A stretch of 64,000 nucleotides of DNA from Euprymna scolopes (taxonomy: Eukaryota): NCBI GenBank assembly GCA_053919585.1, contig CM132795.1; one strand, 5' to 3'. The position numbers and the translations under genes were made by a program. How positions within the stretch are numbered: the stretch's first letter is position 1; each line of letters opens with the position of its first letter. Below are positions 25,620-38,824 of the stretch, piece after piece. The notes beneath the pieces were generated by a model. It ran no database searches. It had not been told where the DNA came from and was given only the letters and a program-made list of their open reading frames with translations.

Positions 25620-26100
25620 CTGAATAGCTAGTCTTCCTTCTGAAGCTTTACTAGTCTACATTACGGGCAACGAGAGATTAAGAAACCCCACCATGTTACA
25701 AAACTAAAATATTCTGAACCCCAATTTAGAAAAGGCAAATATGTGCATATTTTTTGTTTGTATCATAAAGACTTAGACGTTGCAGGAAAACGTTATAATA
25801 GGCATGGCGTTGTCTGTGGTGATGCAAAAGTTATATTCTATCACAAATCATTCACTGTAATGTACCGAGAGGACTTGTTTTTGCTATCAATTTTGCTTCT
25901 TTTTTTTCAGAAAACCTAGGTTCTAGGTAAAACGCATAGTTACAAATTTACTAACTTCTGAGATGGTGCAAAAATTAGAAACATTTCCTGGGACCAATCT
26001 CATTTTATCAAGTAATGTCAGACTACCTGGCTCTGCGGAAATTGCTCTCTTCAACTAGATTCCAACAAAGAAAATAGGGTTTGAGCATAAAAATATAAAC
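25620..26100 (+). pseudogene. Chapaev3-like (CMC) transposase relic
   Basis: Frameshifted motifs LK(A)LL-H-GN, VCGDAKVI, TERTCFC and FPGTN...IAL...KIGF follow the order of LKAVLLHNGN / CGDLKV / YTK..CFLC / PG..N / PPLHIKLGL. Confidence 0.45.
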
Positions 26101-27109
26101 TAATTGCGCTTTCCCCCGGGAACACTCGTTGGGAGTGCATGTTGAACTGTAATTAATCTTGGCTTTCATTAATTTGTATTGCACTTTTTTGTAAAAATAA
26201 CAAAGCTGGAATTATGCTTCTTTGCCAAGGAAATAAAAAACGAATATCTTTAAAATTGTTTCTATTTTTATTTAAATTATGAATGTCGATTAGTAATCAA
26301 AACCAAACCTGGACAACAGAAAATAAGAATTTTTATATTACTTTTGTGCTTAAGGAAACAAACGGTTTTCCTTTCTCGAGATGTTTTTTTTTATTTTTTA
26401 TTTTTTATATTTTTGCTCATAAAGAGCAGCTGATGACATGACCAAAACTAATACTAGAATGCTTAGAGAGAGGCATAACTTAGAGACATAGAGGAGAGGA
26501 TTGTTTTCATATCCTGACATTACCTAGAAGAGAGGCCTCAGCTAGTTTCACGTTTTCCGGTATTTGAGCAATTTCAGAATGTTAGAAAATAAGTCCCTTT
26601 CTTTTCACAGACTTTACGGCACCTAGCCGTGTGAGCTGTGGGATAGGTGTGTGTGTTATGCTTTTTAATGTCATATCCCTTGGCAAGCATTTGCATCATT
26701 CTTTAAAAGAAAAAAGCTGTGCGTTTATGTTTGCCCCCTTTCGCCATTCTCATTACTGTTCTATAAAAAAAAAATGTCGGTTAAACTTGCGAAATAATTT
26801 CATCAGTTGTACAAAAATATTCCGGGCGACATTTTAAAAATCAAAATTCGATTTTTCTTCTTATCTTGAATTTAAAATCATTGGCTACAATTCAACAATT
26901 CCTCTTCGACATTTTCTTAAAATATTGATTTTTTTTGGTGTCAAGGCTACACTTGTCGATTTGAAAATTGCGCCCTTTAAAACGAAAAGAATAAGTAAAA
27001 ATAAAATACAAAGCTTCAGATTAATGTGGCTGTGTTTTCCTATTTGATGCTTGTCTATATGCGAATATGGACTCGCCATGTTTGCGTGCGTCTCTTCATG
27101 GAGAAGTTA

Positions 27110-27867
27110 CTAGTAGACCTCCCTGCGTTGCACGGCCTTCAAATACCCTTATATTTTAAACTAGCATTTCAACCCGGCGTTTCCCGGGTGTTTGGATGTG
27201 TATGTTGAGCAAAAAGAAAAAAGCGGTATTTTTTTTTTTTAAACCTTGACCCGTATTATGGCTCCTTAACATTTATTGGTTGGGGCTCGAATCAAGTTAA
27301 GATAGATGTCCAAGGAACCTATATCTAAAATTTGAAGTGTTTAGACTCAAAATTGGCGGAGTTTGGTAGAGTTCTCACAGGTCAAATCGTTGAACTTTGA
27401 TCCCCTTTACAGCCAAATTTCTGGCCGAAAACGGATTACAAAGATGTTTCCAAATCTCAATACCCTGTATATCAAATTTCGAGTCTTTAGACTTAAAATT
27501 GACTGTTATTGCGTAGAGAAATATACACACAGACACGTTCACTTTTATAGATATAGATTCAGGAAGATTTTTTTTATGCATCAGAAAGTATTTATTATAT
27601 TGTATCTTTTCTATTATGATTTCCAAAAATGATAAATAAAAAATATACATCAGCTAGAATCAAAACTAAACGAATACCAGACTTATTCGTTACCGGCTGA
27701 AAAAAAATCCGTACACATTGAAAAACAAATGTCCTTAAATATATAAATGCTTATTTGCGCATGCGTAAAAATTACTTTAGTGAACTTACGCCTGGCAAGT
27801 CCCAATTTCAACACCTAACCTTAACAACTTTTTCCCCCCGGATAAAAACCAAACCGAATAGATTGTA
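27110..27867 (-). mobile_element. Non-autonomous Helitron family H2, interrupted by a nested Helitron
   Basis: ctagtagacctccctgcgttgcacgg end; 27620-27860 homologous to 27950-28172. Confidence 0.7.
27161..27557 (-). mobile_element. Nested non-autonomous Helitron family H3
   Basis: a|CTAG, hairpin cccgg-cgtttc-ccggg, right end tatagA|t; homologous to 43900-44215. Confidence 0.85.
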
Positions 27868-28207
27868 CTAGTAGACTTCCCTACGTTGCCCGGTCGTAAA
27901 ATACATTTCGAGGAGAGTTCGCATTATAAAGCCGATAAATAGTGTACTTCCCAAAATGATAAATAAAATAAAATAAAATGACTTCGTAAGATCAGCTTGA
28001 ATCGAAACTAAACGAATACCTCTAGAGACTTACTCGTTACCGTCTGGCTAAAACAAAACAAAATAACGTCCTTAAATGCGTAGAAATAACTTTAGTTAAC
28101 TTACGCCTGCCAGGTTCGAATTTCAATAATTCTAACGTTAACGGCTTTTTTCCAGATAAAACAACATATCGAATGTTACATATGCCCATATTCCCTATCT
28201 ATTAAGT
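27868..28207 (-). mobile_element. Non-autonomous Helitron family H2, second tandem copy
   Basis: ctagtagacttccctacgttgcccgg end; direct repeat of the 27110 element. Confidence 0.7.
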
Positions 28208-28304
28208 TTAAACCATGTATACTAGTAATCAAGTGTTGTATGTACGGTTCCCTACACATAAAGTTATATTATTACATTTTGTTAGTGGTGTTCGTCTTTG
28301 TGTT

Positions 28305-28847
28305 CCATTTACGAGCATTTGTGTTCAGACATGGCTTACATGCCATAATTATTTGTTTTTTACTAATGTATAAGTTTAAAACGTTTATTCGATCCATATG
28401 GTTTGACTGTAGTCAAGATCAACAGAACTAGCAGTTTCGTTGTTCATTGTTTTCGCTGGCGATGTTACATCCTGTTAGATGCCAGACATTAACTCCTTAC
28501 CGCATACATTCGAACGTTAAGATCTTTTAAGATTTTAATCGCCACTTTAAGTGCGTTTGTTTGGATCTGTTTGTCACTTGGTTTACAGAGTTTATTTGCC
28601 AGGTAATTGTCAAAATTATTTTTCATGGGTTCAGTTTCTCCTATGATTCCTTAAATGGAGATCTTAAGATTCCTGTTTCTTTCCATTTCGTGCATAAATA
28701 CCTTGATATTTGATCTCTTCCTTTTTGAGCTCTGTTTAATTCGACATCATTGGAGATGCAGACTTTTCTTATAACTCATTTCTTGTGGTTACGAAGCTTA
28801 GGGATTACATAAGGTGATGTACCGCTTCTTCCTAACTGGTTCTTCAG
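28305..28847 (-). mobile_element. PLE 3' ORF relic (linker plus GIY-YIG region) abutting (TA)n
   Basis: Minus-strand motifs IP-FVTTRN (PFVTTxNP), MKIILT (NLKxxLT) and KQIIMACKPCLN (IxxxKPxLN). Confidence 0.5.
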
Positions 28848-29867
28848 ATATATATATATATATACACACACACACGCAGAACTTGCATCTACATTCGATA
28901 GATAACTTTTTACAGATGGTGCAGTGGAGAATGTTATTACCATGAATGCGTCAGTCAGAATTTCTTTCTCTTCTCTGCAATCTAAACTAATGTGCAATAC
29001 TAAAAGAACGAATAAAACATGCCTGTGGTGAATTTGTGAACATTCCTTATGACTAAACTTTTCTTTTTTTTTTTTTTGTGGGAGTGGGGTAGCTGAATAT
29101 CATTTGCATATACTTGGGGCATTCCAAAATAACGCCTGCTATCATTTTATTCCGCCTGAATGTATCAAAAACGAATGGAAATTCATTTTTATGATGACAG
29201 AACTTATGCATTCGCGGCCTGAATATTTAATCTGTTACAGATATTGGCAGTGCAATGCGATGAAATCGAGCCGAGTCATTGACGTGCGTCAGTAGCAAAG
29301 GTGTATACTTAAATTTTTGGCAAAAGTGCATTGAGAATGGTGATGATTGTGAGCAAAATAAATTCCGAGACACAAATGGTCGCTCGTTCCTTATGTACAA
29401 TTCGCGTCGTCGAAGGTCTTTAACTTTTAGAGTTAAAAATAACACGGTTTAGTTTAGGAACGACACTCTGATATATTGTACCAGTTATAAAACCACCGGT
29501 TCCATAATAAAACATCTATATATTTTACCGATCGAATTTCTCGTCTATTTTTGTTCGTTTTAGCTAATCATGTTCCTTTTTATCATCCTCTAGGACAACA
29601 ACCCCAATTAATGAAAATAAAGTGTCGTTTCCATTTATCCACTGCCATTATTATAACGCCTTCTAACTCCTCGTGCCATAACCTTACGTGTGTCTACATT
29701 GTCAACAGCTGGTCAATTTTCGTTTATAATTCATGTTTATCTTGCGTGGAATGAATTACATTGTTTGATAATAATTACAACATTAAAACATGCAGACTGG
29801 ATGGTATTGGATTCAAATGTTATTTACAGGCTTGTTTTAGAAAAGATCGAACCTGGGGGCCCTATTT

Positions 29868-30205
29868 TGTCCGGGTGTGTGGAGATGTTAAAAAAAAAAA
29901 AAGTATGTAGGCAGGTTCGAACCCGTACCGCAAAGGTGGAAATAACGTAACGTCTTTGCTGTTGCACCCATCGCCAAACCGGAAGTGACCTAGGTTTAAA
30001 TTAAGGCTAGCCAGTCAGAAAGAGGTGATGATTTTCGAAAATATCGGCGAAAAAAGCGACCCCTCCCTATTGAAAACTTCCCAGTTATAGGTGTAGGAAT
30101 TGATGTTTTTAGCCAATTCTTCGATATTTGTCGTCCGAAGGGTCAAGGTTCAAAACAATACCAGTTTGGTGAAAAGCCGTTGCATCTGTCGAAATTCTAA
30201 GGCAA

Positions 30206-30246
<41 letters not shown>

Positions 30247-30250
30247 CATA
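29868..30250 (-). mobile_element. Non-autonomous Helitron family H1, termini eroded
   Basis: Homologous to 18713-19155. Confidence 0.8.
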
Positions 30251-32505
30251 TGGCATTTTTGTGTCGCATCGAAAAAAAATTGGTTTATACCCCTCGCAAT
30301 TATATAATGCTCAATTCCAAGAATCCAGCTTCATATACCGGCGCTTTAATAGCGTACCCCTACTTTTTTGTTTATAAAATTGTTCTACATAAACATTTTG
30401 AACTCTATCTGCCCGTGTCTTATTTAGCGCCGCACGTACGCTGTGACTCCTTGTGCGCCGTGTATGTGCCTTATTTTAGGTTAGTGTAAATCTCTTTTAC
30501 ACTTAGTTTGAAATCGCATATCAACGTATTTGGTGGGAATAACCTCATATAAGCAATATATTATTTTACATTGCTCGTGACATTCCGTAGTTAAAGACCA
30601 CCGATCGTAAATAGACATGCCCTATCATGTCAGAAGGTGGTTTTTCCGTTCTCCATGCACTTACGATCAGTTTTATTCTGATAACAAAAAATAAAAATAA
30701 AATCCTTTTTTCTCCAAATAAAATAAAATTAAATCCTTTTTTCTCCAAATAAAACTCGAGAATCAACAAAACAATTGTATGTCGTGTTTTCCCCTATTCC
30801 TATTCAGCATGTGTCAATGATAATCAAGAAATACTAATATGTGTCAAGAATAGGGATGAATTGACATCTTAAAAGTTTTTCTCCTACCGAAACGAATAAC
30901 TATGATGTATGATAACGTAACACGATCATGCATAATATTTTGTCCTCCCAAACACGTATACACTGGTTTGACAAAACCTTTAATTTTATACACACTCGTG
31001 AGGGTACCGGAATTGTATTTTCTTGGTTGTCACTTCGTTAGAAAGCCATTGGGCATCATCCATCGGTTTGACTGATGCTCTTCTTGGTGACATGTTAAAC
31101 TCTGTACTCGTGTTTAATAAGGACCGTACTATGGTTGGATATACGGAATAATTCACGTTTACGCCCCTGTCCTCGTCAAATCACCAAAATTAAACAACGT
31201 TAATATTGGTCAATATTCAATGTGACCAATTGGAAATTCAAAGGTCTGTATATTCTTTAGATTTATCCGGACATTGTTTCCAGTCGTCCAGCACTTTGTC
31301 ACTGTACTCCATCGGTGCCGATTTAGGAGAGATATGGTTGTTTCTTGCAGAACCTGTGTCTTATTACACATCCAGCTACCCATACAGGGATATCCATTCT
31401 ATCCCGAGACTGATCGAAGTCATCGAATTTACCGTTGGGATTTTCCGGGCCATTTAAATTAAATGGCAAAATGTGAAATGCTGAGCCAATGGAATCCTAG
31501 GTTCAACCTCTTTAGCACCACCTTTGATTTTTTTTCATGCATAAAAATATGTATCATTCGAACAAAACAAAGAGCTAAAAATCATAAGCCATTCTTTTTC
31601 TGTTATTCAGTAATGTAATTTAATTTGCAATGTGAGTTGGTTTACTTAGTCGTACTTAAAGTTACAATCTTATATTTATACTCTAATGTTCACTGCTTTA
31701 TATACGGCATACTCACGTTTACACATAGGTTCGTGTCCGATCACAGAAGGTAAGCAACGTTGAGCCTGGTAAGTACTATGAGTGCCTATTTGGGAATTCC
31801 AGGAAGTGTATGAGTTCTGCTTTTGTCTCGGCATTGTTTCCTTTCGTCTAGCAATTCTCCGTACCACTGGATTCAGTTTCGATTCGAAAGTGTTTGGTGT
31901 CTCACAGCGCTTGCCTCGGAAGTATTCGCGCAGCTACACTCACAGTAGTTTTCCATTGTCACTTGAGCCTGAACGGAGGCATCGATTTAATTTACTAGAG
32001 TTTTGCCAACATTGTCTAATTACTCATTGTATTTATTTTATTACAGCACAAAGGAATATTACTCAAATTTTTCAATTTTTCATTTTATAATCTTCGCAAT
32101 AACAACTTTTTATTGTGTATATTGGTCGGCACTTTCACAAAACTCGTTTTGCATCTTCCACCTTTTTTATGTAAAGTACCAAGAAAACATCGAAAAGTAT
32201 ATGTCTGCTAGATTTCCCTTTTTTTATCTGATGTGTAACAGGTCACGGATTTGCCCGCGTTGTTAGAAATTTTATGTTGGGTCTATAGAGAAATTTATAA
32301 ATGAGCATTATAAATACATCGACAAGTTGAAATGCCAAACGTTAATTTCAACTTGATGCCATCGGGTTTTCTCCTGCGCTAGTTCATTCATAGCTTAGTT
32401 AATAAATTTTAAATCTGATCTTTTTTGATAGCAACATCAATAGGGAATACGGCTGGAGGGCTAAATGTTTGGGTTTCGATTCTAACTTGTGGCACTCGCA
32501 TTATA

Positions 32506-32581
32506 CAGGGTGTTTCAAAACTCTTGGGAACATTACAATATTATTAATGCTGTAATGTTCCCAAGACTTTGAAACACCCTG
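32506..32581. mobile_element. 76-bp Tc1/mariner-type micro-MITE
   Basis: TA|cagggtgtttcaaaactcttgggaacattaca ... tgtaatgttcccaagactttgaaacaccctg|ca; ~31-bp TIRs around a 13-bp spacer. Confidence 0.85.
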
Positions 32582-33021
32582 CATTTTATCTTATAATACC
32601 AATAATATTATGTTTAATGAAATTGTCAATAGAAAATTGGCTCTCTAATAAAATGAAATATGCATTCCTATTCAAATATATTTAAACGTATTTCACGTAA
32701 ATAAATGAATGAGAATAGTATAAGTATTTTATCTGTGAGCAAAATGTGAATTTCGTATTTTTCCTTTTGATTGGCTTTGTGGCAGTTTTTTTTGTTTCTT
32801 TAAGACTGTGAGGAGACGGTCGCTGAATTTATTCAATGTTTTTGACACGGATGGATATAGCAGCGAGAAACTAAATTATAAAATGATTTCCTAAGATTAA
32901 ACTGCTAATATAATGAAAATGAGACAAAGACGGACAGACACCGAAGTTGCAGGTGACTCTGATTATTCTTCATTATTTGGCTATATATCATTCGCACTAC
33001 TTCTTGGATAAGTGATTGCAA

Positions 33022-33518
33022 TTTTTTTTTTTTTTTTTAATTACATTTTCACCCCAAACAAGGCACATTGCCACTTTAATGTAGGGGGCTACTATCAGGG
33101 GAAACATCTACTGGGGTACTATGTAGGGATTAGGGCAGCGAGATGTTGGTTCACGTTGCACTTGAACTTATGCATGTCAGTACAGTTGGGGAAGCAGTGA
33201 CCTGGAATGGAATTCCAAAGTCTAGCAGTTCTGGGGAAGAAACTACTGGAGTAGAAAGATCTTTTACATCTAGGGATCTCTACAGTGTGGGGGTGGGATT
33301 TTGTAGCTTGTCGGGTCTGTCGAGGGTGTTCACGTCGTGGGGGCACAAGTGCTTGCAGTTCTTCAGAGCATTCACCATTATAATACTTGTAGAACAGGCA
33401 GAGGGATGCAACGTTTCGACGATGGGACAGAGGCTGAAGTTTTGATGCCAGTTTAGGGCCTATCACATTTGCGACTCTCTTTTGAACCCTGTCAAGGAGC
33501 GAGAGACTAGTAGCCGAC
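33022..33518 (-). mobile_element. 5'-truncated CR1/L2-type LINE, young copy with open ORF2 C-terminus and poly(A)
   Basis: Uninterrupted LLDRVQKRVANVIGPKLASKLQPLSHRRNVASLCLFYKYYNG...FFPRTARLWNSIP...FKCNVN; T-run at 33022-33038. Confidence 0.9.
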
Positions 33519-34674
33519 GTGACGTGACGTTATGACATTATTCGACTGTAGTTTTGTGTAAGGCGTTTGACCTTCCCCATCTTTCATTTAACCTTGATCA
33601 TAGTTCAATTTCAGAAATCAGGGTTACCTTGACATGTACTAACAGCGATCCTTGGAAAACCCCATAGTGGCTCACGATATCAACATACAGGTGTAGCCCT
33701 CATCTTATATGTAATACTATTACTTTCAATAAATGTTTCTTTCCTCGTTGTTATTACAGCATTATAACTATTTTCTTTTTCGTCTACTTGCAGGTAAGTC
33801 CACATAAAACTCGATATTAGACAGTGAAAGCCAACCAATATAAAACGAACAAAGGTCAGTCTCTTCTCAACATAATTAAATGTAACTATTTCTTTTGCAC
33901 CTGAGAATCTTTTGCAAGCACTGAACGGAACGAAACCTGACGTTTGACACTCGAGCCATACCAGCACTTTTGTCTCGTCATACTGAACTTTGAAATGCCC
34001 GCTCTTCACAAGACAGAACGTTTGCTTAGCCTGAAGCCATTCAGTTTGACCTGACACTTGATATTTGTCTGTTTGAAAATGTCAGAATTCAGCTGTTCTC
34101 TCCAAACAATACTCGCTGAGACTGCAGAAGCATAGTTTTCTAACATTTTTGAAGTAAATATTTCTTTCCCAAGTACATCAGTTTGTCATCAGGTAGCATC
34201 ACTCGTAATTCATTACAGAAGCTGGTATGGTGATACGATATACCTATATACAGTTGAGTTGTTATTCGCAACGATAGTGGATGTTAAGTCAACTTTAATA
34301 TTGGTATTTAATTTCTTATCTACAAATGCAATATGTGGCACAAGATCACTTTATGTAGGAGGAACTAGCTCCCCCTAAAAGTGTCTCTGGAAGTCAGTAA
34401 AATTTCGCCTTAGTATAGAAGGATTACCCAACACTAAGGAAAAATGTACTTATATATAACATCATTGGAGATACTTGGATCTTAAAATAATTAAAACAAA
34501 GCTCTTAATATATTTTCAAAGATATGCAAACGATTAACAAGTGAACTAATTGGTATTATTTTTAATATAGAAGTTCAATTAATTAGTAAATTTATATGGT
34601 TTATTAGATTATTGGTTATGTTAACATCTATTCATGAATAGTTTCCACATTGTGAACAATTCGATTACACACAC

Positions 34675-34721
<47 letters not shown>

Positions 34722-34995
34722 CCTTGTCTGTGTACGAAATGGTCTCCTCTAAACTCCTTTTTCAAACTTATGTATAGAATGTTGATATATAGGGGGTTTA
34801 GATCTGCGGAAAAAGAAACGAATCGTCTTAATATATTTAGGAATATTTTACGGCAAGAAACGCCATTCAACATGTTAGTGTGCGTATATATAATATATAT
34901 ATATATGTGTGTGTGTGTGTGTTACTAGTAAGCAGATTGAATCATGATCAGTGTTTTCAATCTAATATCTTCGTCACCGAAATCAATGAAATTTA

Positions 34996-35227
34996 CCGAA
35001 TATTTCGGCGTATAAGACGACGTTTAAAGTTTAAAAAAAAAAAAAAACTTTAAAAAGCAAAACTTCAAAAGACACTAAGTGTTGCAACTTCTAACCCCCG
35101 GCTAATCAAACCTTGTTGCATAATTTAGTAGTCGTCTTATACAACGAATATAATAAATTTATTAAAATTTGCTCCAATTTTATTTCTCGTCTTATCCGAC
35201 GGTCGCCTTAGGGGCCGAAATATACAG
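34996..35227. mobile_element. pogo/Tc2-like MITE
   Basis: TA|ccgaatatttcggcgtataagacgac ... gtcgccttaggggccgaaatatacag|TA, with internal gtcgtcttat subterminal repeats. Confidence 0.65.
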
Positions 35228-36455
35228 TAGTAGATTGATTTTCTGCTCGGCTCGGGGACCCATCATTGCATACCGAGAGGAAGCTTAGCATGCCTCCCTA
35301 CAGTGACGTAATCCCAAATTCATTGTATTTGATATTGCACTGTAAAGAACGTACAGTTTAATTTATAACATTACCTCATATATTTACTTTTAATCAATTA
35401 TCACGGTTTAAGTGAATTGAACACACATTCATTTCGAATATACTCGTAGCCGAGTCTTTCTAATTTTGTGGTAATGAAACTGCTTAGATTTACTTCTAAT
35501 ATAAGATATAAGGTGTTAAGTTTAGTCAAAATTCTGTTTCTTCAGTCGATTTTTTTTCGATTATTAATTATCGATAATTTTCGAAGACGTTTTAATACAA
35601 AACTTATCTAAGAGCAGTACCCACACATGAAACATATTTGTGTAAAATAAAAAACACATCGGTCCAGCCGTGTTGGAATTCGTGTAAGATATCGACGGCT
35701 AATAAAATTGAATGAATAAAGATGTTTATTAATATAAAAATAAAATTAAAACAAATTATGAAAATTTTCACAATTAGGATGTCTTTATTATTATAGAAAG
35801 TATTGAACTTAATTGCTCAAATTTAAACAAGGATTTTATATCCCACTTCACAATTCATCCAAATTCACATAATGAGACCTGTTCCTTCTAGATCCTAAAA
35901 AAAGCTCTCTATTTAAATCCCACGAATACTGATGTTTTTATTTTTTAAAAGTAAAATTGAAACAAAAAGGAAAATAAATATGGATTTTGGAATACTGAAA
36001 CCTATCAGCCAATAAACCCTAAAAAGTAATTGAGTTTTGCATGTCAGAAGCCACTGGAATAAATGCATAACGCATTAAAACCTTTTATCGAACTGTTAAA
36101 TTTCGTGTCAGTTGTTTCCTGTAAAACGAACAACTGATGAGTATGCATTCGCATTTTGTTTTAACTGTGACCTGCCCACGGCGATTGTCAGCGTATCTAT
36201 TCAAACGCACAAAATGTAGAACTTTTTATAACTAACGTGATTGGCGGCAACTTCAATAAAAGAATTGCGCGTTTCTTTAATTTTTTACATACAAGAATTT
36301 CTTAAATTCTCTCTTCGGCGTCATTTGAAACACGTCTCAATCTCCTTATCCACAAAAGTAAATCATTAGTTTGGACCTACTAGCATTATATTTGGTTACT
36401 TCCAGAAATATTTATGCTCGCCTCGTTAGTGTTTCTCACATATTTTAACCCGTCA

Positions 36456-36859
36456 TCTAGAGTATAAATCTCACCTGCCTGTGGAAAGTTTTAGGCAGAC
36501 ATAAAAAAAAACCTACATCCATGCATGTAAAAAAGATGACCGATTTTCAAGAAATCGGTATCGTTTGTAAGCTAGACGTCTCGGACAACAAATATCGAAA
36601 AATTGGCCCCAAACCTTAATTCCTTCACTCTCAACTGGGCAGTTTTATACATTGACGGGCCGATATTTTGCGAGCTATTTTTGCTGCAAGTCCTTGTATT
36701 GGTCGGTTGACTTATCCTTATTTCAACGTTATGAACTTCTCGTCGCGTCATAGAGTAGCCGTCGCATCACTGGTTCGAGCCTGCCTGCCTACTACCACGT
36801 TTTGTTTTTGCTCAACACACAACTACAAACACCTGGGCAACGCCGGGAAACCAGACTTG
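36456..36859 (+). mobile_element. Non-autonomous Helitron, H1-related
   Basis: a|TCtagagtataaatctcacc start, hairpin cctgggcaacgccggg and CTTG|t end. Confidence 0.75.
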
Positions 36860-38047
36860 TAATCTATATATTGTGCGTAATAGATTGTTAGATTACGTTT
36901 CGTTTTATAAGTTTTTAGAAGTGTTTGGATGATTTGAATTATTAGGATATTTCTGCCGGTTTCTGAACAGATGTTCGAGCGGGACCCATTGTCTAATAGA
37001 CAAGGATATAGTTCTGTTTTCTGAAGCATCACCAGGTAGAAGTATTAAGCAGTTCTGCAATTTATTGAGTCACTCGCACTAAAGATTGTATTTTTACGTC
37101 GAAAATCGTGTTACAATTTAATAACTAAGTATTTCATCCACTGCGACGCGAGTGTTGTTGAACTCGGCGGAAAGATTTGAGTGTTCAACACGATTAGTTT
37201 ACGTCGGCCGAAACTTTGTATAAATAAAAATCATGAGAAAATTAGTCCGAACTTGCAGTTGGGGGGGGGTCCCGGCTTTACCCAATTGTAAAATACGCTT
37301 AAATATATTAAGGTTTCGTTATATTATTATAGTTGTGATTTCAAAAGTAAAAGTGTTTTCTAAATAAGATAATACGAATTATCAATCCTCATTTGAATCG
37401 AAAATTGATTGCAACTCTATGAAAACAATTTCAATAAGAATTTACTTTAGTATGTAATTTTTCTACGGCGTAGCTTAGAAGCACGTACTTACATAGATCC
37501 TCTTTTTTCCTTTTCCTTTCATCAAAAAACAAATGGTATATCTTCGGGTGCTACACTTAAGTCTGAACTGGATTAATGAATGAGACCATTTTTAGCCTAG
37601 ACAATTATTGTCTTGGTCCAACGTTCCTTCTAGAAATGCTGTCTATTACCCCCCCCCAGGAAATCCTCCTCGTATCTAACTTGTTTAGTGCATCGAGAAA
37701 TTAATATGGATTCTACCCTCTCCCGCTCATGTAGTCTCCTTTTTATTGCACATTTTATTTACCTATTTTATTTGCATTGAACTTTTTAGGCTGTCTGAAA
37801 ATGTCCGCTTTTTAACTTAAGATGCATCAACCATTTATGTGTTTTTATTTACCTTTTCGCTAATGAAATTGAACTGCATGAATAAATATTTCAAGAACTT
37901 GGCGCATCAGGACTTTCCCCAAAACTACTAGATTTATATTAAGGTGATTTTATTGCTTGATCGTCAATTTGTATAGTGTAATGCGTTATAGGCATTTTGC
38001 TTAGCGTTTAAAGTATTCTTCGTAGCTCCCAGAAAGAAATGTATCTA

Positions 38048-38560
38048 TTTTTGGTCGCGTGCAAGCGACTCTGTAAGTCACTCCGTCTGTCTGTCTATAA
38101 CACTTTTGTGTTTGGCCTTTTTGGTTAAGATCAAAGGTCTGTTAATAGATGCTGTTCTTAGCTTTTCAAGCTTTTCCTGCCCTTTTGGCTAAAATCAAAG
38201 TGTAGTATCTGTTTTTACTACATGAGTTACTTACGTTTGTAACTTTGTGATATAAAGTGGGGGATCACTTTTCTCTATTAAGTTAATGTAAAATGATCAC
38301 CCACTTTACAACCAGTCAGTCTCAAAGCCATTCAAGTCATTCTCCAGATCATTCAAGTTGTTTTTGAAGGAGTCCAGTTATTTTTCAGCATTCAATTCAT
38401 CCTTAAGTTCATTAAAGTCATTCTAAGTTATTAACTCAAGTAATTTCAGCCCATTTTTTCGGTCATTTTAGTTTATCTTTAAGAATTTTATGTCAATCTT
38501 ACATTCACGCATTCATTCATTACAGGAGAGCACGCGACTAATGGCTATCGGCATTGTTTT
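38048..38560 (+). mobile_element. Helentron/DINE-1-like element carrying U2 snRNA fragments
   Basis: subTIRs gtcgcgtgc (38054-38062) and gcacgcgac (38530-38538), gtctgtctgtct microsatellite, internal cattcaagt-type repeats, 3' stem-loop aatggctatcggcatt, T-rich flanks. Confidence 0.75.
38114..38217 (+). pseudogene. U2: Two tandem 5' fragments of U2 snRNA
   Basis: ccttttggctaaaatcaaagtgtagtatctgttttta (38181-38217) and ggcctttttggttaagatcaaag (38114-38136) match the U2 5' region GGCCUUUUGGCUAAGAUCAA(A)GUGUAGUAUCUGUUCUUA. Confidence 0.85.
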
Positions 38561-38824
38561 CAAGAAAAATTGGTAGTTTTGTTCACTTCTAGAAACCATT
38601 GTTATCCAGTATGTTATAACTTTAGTGTATATGGGAAAGTTTACCCAGGGGGTCACTGCGATTGAGGTTGATCGCTCGTGTACTGCTGCTCCAAGGTCCG
38701 AACCCTTTATCATTTTGAATGTTCTATAATTTAAGTCTTGCATACATATATGCATAATTTATACAGGAAGGTTGCGTTAGATCTTCACAGGATTTGTGGA
38801 AATGATCCGGAATGATAAATATAT

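Noticed and set aside
31030-31460. LINE endonuclease relic on the minus strand
   Set aside because: Motif resemblance too faint to support
33680-34200. 125-aa minus-strand ORF and neighbouring open frame as a gene
   Set aside because: No recognisable motif, the frames are discontinuous and the start is non-ATG
38114-38217. Functional U2 snRNA gene
   Set aside because: Only ~48 nt of the 5' end is present, with mismatches, no Sm site or 3' stems, and it is embedded in a repeat
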